Below, one piece after another: positions 56,861 through 64,000 of a stretch of DNA of 64,000 nt; within the stretch, counting starts at the first letter, position 1; each line of letters begins with the position of its first letter. Position numbers and translations under genes: made by a program. Source of the DNA: Bacteroidota bacterium (GTDB taxonomy: Bacteria; Bacteroidota; Bacteroidia; Sphingobacteriales; Sphingobacteriaceae); contig JAFDZL010000468.1 in NCBI GenBank assembly GCA_018266935.1, forward strand, positions 5,246-69,245, given 5' to 3'. Under the pieces are notes generated by a model. That model was not told the origin of the DNA. It searched no databases and saw only the letters and a list, made by a program, of their open reading frames with translations.

Positions 56861-58114
56861 TTAAATTGCTTTAGCTAATGCCAAGTTTGATAGGCGCTCT
56901 AAGGAATTTTGTAACGGTTGAAATAATTCTCTGTTTTGACTTTCTACCCGCCTAAGAATTCCACGAGCGGCGACCGGACTTAGAAAATATTTCGAGTCTA
57001 TATTTTCAGTACTAATAATTGATATTAGGTTGGTAGTTACTTTATTGGAAGGAGCATCGTAAACTTTACAATCAAAAGCTTGATTTTTAGCAGATATCCC
57101 ACCTGTCCGCCACTTCAAATGTTCGTTGTCTGAATTTGAAATATCCTGACATCGGATGCCTTTTTTCGTAAAATCTTTATAGTTTGCTAACGTTGTATCA
57201 AGGTCATCTTCCATAGTCATTTGGAAGGCTTTTTTTATTCTTGTAGCTATCCACTCTATGACAGGAACAGACACAGCGTTTCCAATGGCATGATACCTTA
57301 AGCTGTCGTAATCCAAAATGTTAGTTTTTGAAAATGTTTCGGGCGACGTCCAGTTTTTAGGAAAGCCTTGCAACGCCTCCGCCTCTGACGGGATCAGTCT
57401 TCTGACGGCTTCATCATAACAAATATATGTTCTGCTCCAATCTGTTCCGGTATGTCTGCCTGAGGTAGCAGCCAAACAATAGGCCAATGAAGGAACAGTG
57501 AAACCGGCTATATCATTTTTGTGTGGGGTTACAAATTCGCTTCTTGGCGAGCCCGTTTTTTCTGAACCATTGAATTCATGTAGGACATATGCCGCTTTAT
57601 TTACATTGTTTTTCCAAGCGCATATATAAACTCTCTGCCTTGATTGAGGCACTCCAAAAAACTTACTATTAAATACTCGCCATGAAACCCCGTAACCTAA
57701 ATTATTAAATGAATCCAGGATGATCCTGAAGTCGTTGCCGTTATGGGAACTAAGGAGGCCTAAGACATTTTCAAGCAAAACAACATCCGGCATCCTCTTT
57801 TCTATTAATTGCAAAAAATCGTAAAATAAACCAGAGTTTTTGCCTTTAAGGCCTTGCCTGCCCATTGAGCCTCTAGCTACTGACACATCTTGGCAGGGAA
57901 ATCCTGCACACCAGATTTTTGCTTCGGGGAGAGAGCCCGGGTCAACACTTAAAATGTCATAATCACATATTGTCCGAGGCCAGTGTTTCTTTAAGACAGA
58001 TTGACAAAATTGATTTATCTCGCATTGATAGGTGATTTTAAAACCTTGTCTTTCAAAGCCTAAGTCAAACCCGCCAATGCCAGTGAAAAACGAATTAACA
58101 GAAAGTTTTGCCAT
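56861..58114 (-). CDS. dcm: DNA (cytosine-5)-methyltransferase (first gene of the cassette)
   Basis: Motif I FTGIGGFDLGF, IV GFPCQDVS, VI LLENV, VIII QSRQRVYI, X GNAVSVPV, then a ~130-aa tail after motif X. Start taken at MAKLSVNSF; the ORF is open up to 58174. Confidence 0.9.
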   Translation of the reverse strand: MAKLSVNSFFTGIGGFDLGFERQGFKITYQCEINQFCQSVLKKHWPRTICDYDILSVDPGSLPEAKIWCAGFPCQDVSVARGSMGRQGLKGKNSGLFYDFLQLIEKRMPDVVLLENVLGLLSSHNGNDFRIILDSFNNLGYGVSWRVFNSKFFGVPQSRQRVYICAWKNNVNKAAYVLHEFNGSEKTGSPRSEFVTPHKNDIAGFTVPSLAYCLAATSGRHTGTDWSRTYICYDEAVRRLIPSEAEALQGFPKNWTSPETFSKTNILDYDSLRYHAIGNAVSVPVIEWIATRIKKAFQMTMEDDLDTTLANYKDFTKKGIRCQDISNSDNEHLKWRTGGISAKNQAFDCKVYDAPSNKVTTNLISIISTENIDSKYFLSPVAARGILRRVESQNRELFQPLQNSLERLSNLALAKAI

Positions 58115-58357
58115 GATATTCTTTGTTTCACAAATTAACATAAAAGGTTTGTATTTGTATGTTTTATTAATCAAGACATGCGACCTTTATTAACATGTGT
58201 TTATGGGTGAATTCGGTGGCCCTAATGTGTTACTAGTCTGCAATCACGTGGAGGATCGAAACAGTTATCCGCTCCGTGCTTAATCCAATGCCTCACAGAC
58301 ATGCATGTTACATCTCATGTGTTCAGCGCGTAATGTCTAACAACCCCATATTCGCCC

Positions 58358-58909
58358 ATGCCCAAATACCTAACCCTCGCCCTCATCCTCCTAAGCCTTT
58401 CCACCCTGAAAACCTACGCGCTCCCGATAGCTATCGGGACCCCGCACGATGATTCGGTAAAAAAGATAGCTATCGCCGATGCGCGGAAATTCAGGCTGGA
58501 CAAGGAACGGCTCAGCATTTTTAGGAAAAGCGCCCGCCAAATGATTCGAGACTATTATTTCCCCGGCGGCCGGCCACGCCCCAGCCTGCGCCCGCCCACC
58601 CCGCCGATCGACTTAGCCACTACCCAACGGGACCTGCGTGCGCGTCGTGATGGCTTCCAGGTCTATCGCCGCCAGCGCGAACTGGCGTCGGACTTTTTTA
58701 AGCCCATACCGTCGGCCGTGAGCGATACGTCGTTGCTGCGCGATTCGGTGTACGTAGCCGCTTACCGCGAAGAAGCCTGGAAACGCACCCGCCGCCGCCG
58801 CACTTTCGGGCACTATGCAATCATTGGCGGTTCAGTGGTTGGCGGCGCTACGGTTATAGCCGGGTTTGTGGCTTTAATGCTTGCGCTGAGCAGGATTAAA
58901 GTGGGATAG
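58358..58909 (+). CDS. Hypothetical secreted/C-terminally TM-anchored protein (paralogue of 59152)
   Basis: Shares IADARKF+LDK...DYFKP...VSDT.LL+DSVYV.AYR...GHY..+GG with the 59152 ORF. Confidence 0.5.
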   Translation: MPKYLTLALILLSLSTLKTYALPIAIGTPHDDSVKKIAIADARKFRLDKERLSIFRKSARQMIRDYYFPGGRPRPSLRPPTPPIDLATTQRDLRARRDGFQVYRRQRELASDFFKPIPSAVSDTSLLRDSVYVAAYREEAWKRTRRRRTFGHYAIIGGSVVGGATVIAGFVALMLALSRIKVG

Positions 58910-59151
58910 GAAGTCCCGCGCGTGCGGGATCGGGGTGAGTCTGCGCGGAGGTGGGCATAGTTCGTAAAAGAAGCATCGCCCTTTGCGAGAACATTGGGGT
59001 CAATTGATTTGCATGTGCAGTCCCGATAGCTATCGGGATCGTTCCTCGCAAGGACGTGGCGGGAACTAATTCGCGCGAGCGATGGCAACGAACAGCGGCC
59101 CATGCCTAAGGCCGCGTTTGGGCGTCTTGAATTTTAACTATATCTTGCCTG

Positions 59152-59541
59152 ATGCGCAAATACTTAATTTTTACCCTGGCCGTTCCGATCCTTTTCTTTT
59201 CAAAAGTGCAGGCACAGACGCTGCCGGCAGATTCGATAAAAAATATGGCCGTTGCCGATGCGCGGAAATTCAAACTGGATAAGGCTGATTTTGAGATCTT
59301 CAGGCATAACCGCCGCAATTCCGGGTCGGATTATTTTAAACCGGGCAAGCCGGCCGTCAGCGATACCGCGCTGTTAAAGGATTCGGTTTATGTAAAGGCC
59401 TACCGCACGGCGGCCTACGCCAAAACACGCCACCGGCATACCGCAGGGCATTACATTTTGCTGGGCGGGGTCGCCGTAACGGTGGTGCTGCTCGTCGCCC
59501 TGGCAGCGGCTTCTAATTCGGTTTTAACGGGTTATCATTAA
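59152..59541 (+). CDS. Hypothetical secreted/C-terminally TM-anchored protein (paralogue of 58358)
   Basis: Signal peptide ...FFSKVQAQ and a C-terminal TM segment. See the paralogue at 58358. Confidence 0.5.
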   Translation: MRKYLIFTLAVPILFFSKVQAQTLPADSIKNMAVADARKFKLDKADFEIFRHNRRNSGSDYFKPGKPAVSDTALLKDSVYVKAYRTAAYAKTRHRHTAGHYILLGGVAVTVVLLVALAAASNSVLTGYH

Positions 59542-59618
59542 ATCCGGAGGCAGGAGGCAGTACAGCTCGAGGGAAAAACCCGCTCGTGGATCGATTTTGA
59601 TTTCGGAACCGATTGTTG

Positions 59619-59626
59619 TAAATTTG
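59619..59626 (+). promoter_or_regulatory. Candidate -7 box (TAAATTTG) 3 nt upstream of the ATG
   Basis: TAAATTTGgttATG has the same geometry as at 52211 and 62567. Confidence 0.45.
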
Positions 59627-59629
59627 GTT

Positions 59630-59863
59630 ATGGTACGCACAATTATAACACCTGAAAATACGAGTGTAAAGCTGTCTATTCCGCCTGATTATGTCGGCAA
59701 AAAGATAGAGGTACTGTATTATCCTGTTGACGAAGTAACCGAAGAGCAACAACCGGCTGCAAAAACCATGTCGGCCTTCAAAGGTATATTATCTGAGGCG
59801 GAAGGGAACGCATTGCAGGAATATGTGAAAAGATCAAGGGAGGAATGGGACAGTCGTTTTTAA
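59630..59863 (+). CDS. Putative VapB-type antitoxin
   Basis: MVRTIITPENTSVKLSIPPDYVGKKIEV..., 77 aa. Its stop overlaps the toxin ATG as TAATG. Confidence 0.6.
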   Translation: MVRTIITPENTSVKLSIPPDYVGKKIEVLYYPVDEVTEEQQPAAKTMSAFKGILSEAEGNALQEYVKRSREEWDSRF

Positions 59864-60222
59864 TGGATACCAATGTCATCATTGGTTATTTAAGTAAACT
59901 CCTTCCCGCTGAAGCGTCAGCATCCATAGATCAGCTTCCTGCTGTCATATCAGTCATTACCCGCATAGAACTACTTGGTTGGTACAATGCAACACCCGCC
60001 CAATTGGAAAAGCTTCAATTGTTCATCGGTAATGCGCAGGTTTACGATCTCAATGAAGAAATTATTGTTCAAACGATCACTTTGAGGCAACAGCACAAAA
60101 TAAAGCTGCCCGACGCTGTTATTGCTGCAACCGCTTTGGTGTACGATCATACTTTACTCACCCGCAATACCGGAGATTTTAAAAATATCATTGGTCTGCG
60201 CATGGAAAGTCCGTGGGCATGA
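59863..60222 (+). CDS. vapC: PIN-domain toxin (VapC family)
   Basis: MDTNVIIGYL, ...ISVITRIELL... and LLTRNTGDF show the PIN acidic-residue pattern. Confidence 0.85.
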   Translation: MDTNVIIGYLSKLLPAEASASIDQLPAVISVITRIELLGWYNATPAQLEKLQLFIGNAQVYDLNEEIIVQTITLRQQHKIKLPDAVIAATALVYDHTLLTRNTGDFKNIIGLRMESPWA

Positions 60223-60245
60223 TCCATTGAGCACTGCTATCCACC

Positions 60246-61160
60246 ATGAAACACTTTTTTAGAACCAGGAATCAAGAACAAGAAATCAAGATAGATACCG
60301 GAAATAGTCTTGACTCCTGGCTCTTGACTCTTGACTCTCATTTAACCCAACTGCTACTGCTACTCACCACTGCCACTATCCTAAGCGCATGCTCCCCCAA
60401 AGGCCCCTACGCTGCTACCGATAAGTTTTATAAACACCACGCCGATTCGCTGGCGAAGGTGATCGAGGTGGCTCAGCCGGCGGTGCTGGCGGATAGTACG
60501 GGTACGGCGGTGCCTTCGGCGTTCGTGGGTACGGTGAACTTCAATATGCGCAAGCCCAATTATGTGATCATCCATTTTACGGCGCAGGACAGCATCGGGC
60601 AAACGCTGCACACCTTTACCGTTCAGCGCACGCAGGTGAGCGCGCATTACGTGGTGGCTAAGGACGGCCGGGTGTTCCACATGCTGAACGATTACCTGCG
60701 GGCCTGGCAGGCGGGCATAAGCAAATGGGGCAGCGTGACGGACATGAACAGCTGCTCGATAGGCATCGAGATCGATAACAACGGCAACGAGCCCTATACC
60801 GATGCGCAGGTGCGCAGCCTGCTGGCGCTGCTGGGCTGGCTGAAACATACCTACAATATTCCGCGGGCCAATTTCATCGGTCACCAGGACATTGCCCCCG
60901 CCCGCAAACCCGACCCGGGCCCCTACTTTCCCTGGAAAACCATGGCCGACCACGGTTTCGGCTACTGGAGCGACGATGTGCTGGACCTGGCCCCCGACAA
61001 CTTCGACTACGCCACGGCCCTCCGCCTCATCGGCTACGATACCTCAAACCTCAATGCGGCTATTGTGGCTTTTAAGCGGCATTTTGTGCAGAAGGATAGC
61101 AATCCGGAACTGAGTCAGCTGGATTTGAATGTGCTGTATAACGTGTATCAGAAGTATTGA
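60246..61160 (+). CDS. N-acetylmuramoyl-L-alanine amidase (amidase_2/AmpD-PGRP fold), probable lipoprotein
   Basis: IIHFTA...AHYVV.KDG...RAWQAG.S.W...NSCSIGIEIDN...IGHQDIAP.RK.DPG. Lipobox ILSAC. The start is uncertain (ATG 60246 or TTG 60324). Confidence 0.85.
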   Translation: MKHFFRTRNQEQEIKIDTGNSLDSWLLTLDSHLTQLLLLLTTATILSACSPKGPYAATDKFYKHHADSLAKVIEVAQPAVLADSTGTAVPSAFVGTVNFNMRKPNYVIIHFTAQDSIGQTLHTFTVQRTQVSAHYVVAKDGRVFHMLNDYLRAWQAGISKWGSVTDMNSCSIGIEIDNNGNEPYTDAQVRSLLALLGWLKHTYNIPRANFIGHQDIAPARKPDPGPYFPWKTMADHGFGYWSDDVLDLAPDNFDYATALRLIGYDTSNLNAAIVAFKRHFVQKDSNPELSQLDLNVLYNVYQKY

Positions 61161-61262
61161 GCCTCACCCCGGCCCTCTCCAAAGGAGAGGGGGCGAAACG
61201 GGGTTTAATGACGTAAGTGTGTTTCAAGTCCCTCTCCTCTGGAGACGGATTTAGGGTGAGGC
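61161..61262. repeat. Nested REP-like palindromic element
   Basis: Outer arms are cctcaccc (61162-61169) and gggtgagg (61254-61261). The inner hairpin is ccctctcc-aaa-ggagaggg (61173-61191). Confidence 0.75.
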
Positions 61263-61269
61263 GAATAAC

Positions 61270-61349
61270 ATTTTGTGCAGAAGGATAGTAACCCGGAGCT
61301 GAGCCAGCTGGATCTGAATGTGTTGTATAATGTTTATCAGAAGTATTAG
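61270..61349 (+). pseudogene. Duplicated 3' tail (26 codons plus stop) of the amidase gene
   Basis: 80 nt aligned with 61081-61160, with ~10 substitutions. Both copies translate to HFVQKDSNPELSQLDLNVLYNVYQKY*. Confidence 0.65.
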
Positions 61350-61560
61350 GGCGTGTCCCCGCTGATAGAAGCGGGGCCGGGCTATTCGCTCATACGGCTT
61401 CAGGCATTAGGCGCGGGGCCGGTATCCGCTGCTATCCCTCACGCATTGTCTGAACCGCAGATTCGTTTGATTTAATGGATTGTTATAATTTCTTTTTGTC
61501 TGAACTATGATTCCCAGGATTAAATAATTGGTATGATTTCCGTTTGCAACCAGGAACATC
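61350..61560. repeat. Cluster of short GC-rich and AT-rich REP-like hairpin elements
   Basis: Examples are ccccgct-gatagaa-gcgggg and gcgcggggccggtatccgctgc, then tgaaccgcagattcgtttgatttaatggattg-type words. Confidence 0.5.
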
Positions 61561-62110
61561 ATTTTACCGACATAGGCAAAATGATCAATTGCGTGATACC
61601 ACGAAAATGATCTGACAGATGATTTGAAAATGGTTAAATGCGGTTTATCGGCCCATACCTGCTCACCCCATCCCGGTAGCTATCAGGACAGGTTTTTGCT
61701 TTCAGATTTTATATGCGATCACGAGTTTATATAATAACTCGCGTGGGGCGGGGATAAAAGAAAGATGAGCAACCATATCAATCCGGCTATGATCAGTATT
61801 GTGAAAAACACAATAGCAGCCTGCCGGCCTTGTGCCTCGCCCGAAGTTATCGCTTTAAATGAATCAGCTACGTCGTGAAATGTTATTACGTGCATAGCGG
61901 CCTCCCCGACTAATTCAGTACATCTAAGAGGATAACAGATAACGGGGCTGGTTGTTCTAAGATTTTTTGTTGAACTGGAAATTTCGGGTCAGACAAAAAG
62001 CAGCGCACACGAAGCCCGCGCTCTCCCGATAGCTATCGGGACACCCTGCCTTTGTGCACGGGCAGCCGCCTGCCCCTGTTGAATTTTTGATCCGTTACCA
62101 TTACAGAAAA

Positions 62111-62401
62111 CTACTTCATACCGAAATAGAGGCCGGCAACCAACAGCACCTGGAAACAAATTGCCGCCAAAAGTCTCCCGGCACCCTTCATTTTGGGCGG
62201 GCCGAACAGGTAGGCCAATAGCGACAGAATATATACAACCAGCGCCAGGCCCGCAACTATTAAAAGATTGGGGCCTTCGGGGTCGCGGAAAAAAAAGAAC
62301 AGCAGCCTGGAACAAATGATGGCCGTCGCCGCCAATATGATCAGCGAGATCTTTTTTGATTTGAAATACAGGCTGGCTGCGTTGTTACCCATGTCCATCA
62401 A
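62111..62401 (-). CDS. Hypothetical small membrane protein
   Basis: 96 aa with three hydrophobic segments. It is embedded in repeat-rich DNA, so the call is weak. Confidence 0.35.
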   Translation of the reverse strand: MMDMGNNAASLYFKSKKISLIILAATAIICSRLLFFFFRDPEGPNLLIVAGLALVVYILSLLAYLFGPPKMKGAGRLLAAICFQVLLVAGLYFGMK

Positions 62402-62566
62402 ATGAGCATTTTCACAAAAATAATGATTTCAATGGCGTGATATGACGAAAATGGTGACGTGGGCAAATGTCAATATTCCTCACTCGAATTTCGTGAATTG
62501 AAGTATCATTTTACCGAGATCGGTAAAATGATCGGACAACCTTCAATTACTGATATACATTTTTAG

Positions 62567-62574
62567 TAAATTTG
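62567..62574 (+). promoter_or_regulatory. Candidate -7 box (TAAATTTG) 3 nt upstream of the ATG
   Basis: TAAATTTGTGTATG is identical to 52211-52224. Confidence 0.45.
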
Positions 62575-62577
62575 TGT

Positions 62578-62805
62578 ATGCCACAAATTGATTATAAGAA
62601 ATATATTGAAGTCAGTCTGGATATCAGATTTGGAAAACCGGTTATCAAAGGTACCCGAATCACGGTATATGATGTTTTACAGTGGCTTGCTTCTGGTATG
62701 ACTCACAAGCAGATCATAACAGATTTCCCGCAATTAAGTGAGGAGCAAATATTAGCTTGCCTGGCCTATGCGGCCAATAAAGAGCGAGTGATCAAGGTAG
62801 CATGA
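62578..62805 (+). CDS. DUF433-domain (antitoxin-like) protein
   Basis: RFGKPVIKGTRITVYDVLQWLASGMTHKQII.DFPQLSEEQI is typical of DUF433. ATG at 62578. Confidence 0.75.
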   Translation: MPQIDYKKYIEVSLDIRFGKPVIKGTRITVYDVLQWLASGMTHKQIITDFPQLSEEQILACLAYAANKERVIKVA

Positions 62806-63140
62806 AAATCCGTGTTGTTGCTGATGAGAATATTTCGTGGAGAATAAAGAAGCTAATCCCTGCCTGGGACATACTACCATCTAACGAAATCAATCCGGGG
62901 AAAAGGCTTACCGATTCTTTTATCTGGAAATTTGCAAAGCAAAACAATTACAGTATTCTAACTTTCGATGAGGATTTTTTTGAGATCCAAAACATCCACT
63001 CGTTCCCTCCGAAAATTATTTGGTTGCGCACTGGTAACGTTTCTACACAACTTATAGCTGAACGGCTTAAAGCGCTGGAAAGTGAGATCGGTAACTTTCT
63101 TGATAATAGTGAGATAGGCATCTACGAGATATATTTGTAG
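62802..63140 (+). CDS. DUF5615/Mut7-C-like PIN-fold (toxin-like) protein
   Basis: It overlaps the DUF433 gene by ATGA. VVADENISWRI...ILTFDEDF is the pattern seen in partners of DUF433. Confidence 0.65.
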   Translation: MKIRVVADENISWRIKKLIPAWDILPSNEINPGKRLTDSFIWKFAKQNNYSILTFDEDFFEIQNIHSFPPKIIWLRTGNVSTQLIAERLKALESEIGNFLDNSEIGIYEIYL

Positions 63141-63634
63141 AAACTGCGTTCATAGCAGCCTCCGATGTCGTACTGATGTTTTCTAAAACGTTAATTTTAA
63201 TTGTTCGCCGTCTTCCCCTAAACCTTTTAAACTAAATCTTTCTGCTTTCCTTATATGCATCTGTACCGGGATATGGTCATTTGATCATTACAACTTCGGG
63301 TTTGAGCTTTTCAAGATTGTATGTACACTAAGCCTGTTTTTGGGGCCTGAAAATCATGACCCGGCACGAAAGGTTGTAAAAAGTGGTCCAGAAATGGTTA
63401 ATAGTGGTTTTTTGGCAATTTTCGGCCCCTTTTTCTGCAGGAACGCTAAACCGACAAGCAATTGTAATTCAGCATATTGCTTTTTTAGCGTTCACGAAAA
63501 TGACTTAGTTTCTCAAAATTTGACCCTTAGTGTAAATCATAAAAATCTAACTTTCAGCGCAATAAATGGTTGAAAATGGTCGAAAGGCGCATGAATGTGA
63601 ACAATGTCTGTCCGGAGAAGCAAAATCTTGTGTT

Positions 63635-64000
63635 TTACGAGGCGAATTCGGTCAGCGCCTTTTCAATCCGCACAATGGTCTCCTGCTTGCCCAGCAGCAC
63701 GGCGATATCGAACACATGCGGCCCGAACTTGCCGCCTACCAGCATGATGCGGAAGGGCAGCATCAGCTCGCCGGGTTTGATGGCATGCTCGTCGGCCAGT
63801 GCCTTGAAGCGGGTTTCCAGGTCGTGGGGTTCGGGCAGGCCGTCTTCGTTGCCCAGCATAGTAATAAATCCGCGGAAGAAATCGGCCTTGGCGTCGTTCC
63901 ATTTGGGTTTTACGGCGGGCAGGTCGTACTCAGCCGGCTGCCGGAAGAAATAGGATGACTGCTGGTAAAAATCGGGAAGTAAAGTGCAGCGCTCTTTGAC
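63635..64000 (-). CDS. gltX: Glutamyl-tRNA synthetase, C-terminal part (5' end lies beyond the window)
   Basis: The frame is open to nt 64000. ...VKERCTLLPDFYQQSSYFF...LPFRIMLVGGKFGPHVFDIAVLLGKQETIVRI matches the GltX C-terminus. Confidence 0.85.
   Translation of the reverse strand, partial: VKERCTLLPDFYQQSSYFFRQPAEYDLPAVKPKWNDAKADFFRGFITMLGNEDGLPEPHDLETRFKALADEHAIKPGELMLPFRIMLVGGKFGPHVFDIAVLLGKQETIVRIEKALTEFAS

Noticed and set aside
52738-60384. Possible att-like direct repeats (cccactgctactgcaactgccact at 52738-52770 and cccaactgctactgctactcaccactgccact at 60346-60384) bracketing the vsr-to-vapC segment
   Set aside because: The similarity consists only of short CTGCTACTGC/ACTGCCACT words with indels. 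The right copy encodes the hydrophobic core of the amidase signal peptide. The composition boundaries of the AT-rich cassette (about 53,000 and 58,200) do not coincide with them.
60381-60953. 190-aa ORF on the minus strand
   Set aside because: It is antisense to the amidase gene. Its Arg/His-rich composition is typical of a shadow ORF.
63324-63534. Possible MITE: 9-bp inverted repeat tacactaag / cttagtgta flanking ~200 bp of non-coding DNA
   Set aside because: A single 9-bp inverted repeat within a ~500-nt AT-rich intergenic region is about what chance would produce. There are no target-site duplications or further copies in the window.
63340-63958. ORFs 63340-63573, 63566-63958 and 63570-63953 on the plus strand
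   Set aside because: The latter two are antisense to the clearly recognisable gltX 3' end. The first lies in AT-rich non-coding DNA with no motifs or signal.

Overview
This 64-kb chromosomal segment looks like a Bacteroidota genome of the Sphingobacteriia type (Mucilaginibacter/Pedobacter-like). That placement is an inference from gene content, TAnnTTTG promoter boxes, absence of Shine-Dalgarno signals and many 'word-like' palindromic intergenic repeats. Positions 1 to ~49,000 are mostly housekeeping: metH (3' part), metF, aat, ruvC, greA, rsmA, pdxA, yceD-rpmF-plsX, accB-accC, tatC, rpiB, a lutB-like gene, a fused E1 alpha/beta 2-oxoacid dehydrogenase, feoAB, gcvH, trmB and an NtrC-type regulator. 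Small accessory insertions are scattered through it, including a DUF3857/transglutaminase tandem with gene relics and two zeta-toxin-like pairs, one of them frameshifted. Positions ~49,200-63,200, between glnS and the 3' end of gltX, form an accessory toxin-antitoxin (TA) and defence island. It holds mazEF, an orphan higA-like gene, an antitoxin/yoeB pair, vapBC and a DUF433/DUF5615 pair. Its centrepiece is an AT-rich ~5-kb cassette (53,199-58,114, minus strand) of four translationally coupled genes: a C5-cytosine methyltransferase, a DUF262 protein with an unknown N-terminal domain, an SMC/ABC-like ATPase with a DUF3696-like tail, and a protein ending in a complete YoeB/RelE RNase domain. A convergent vsr gene with mosaic base composition overlaps the cassette's last gene. 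I do not recognise this architecture as a named defence system, and it is the top candidate for something undescribed. I recognised no rRNA, tRNA, CRISPR array, or intact transposase or integrase. All calls come from reading the ORF translations and the DNA by eye; no searches were run.
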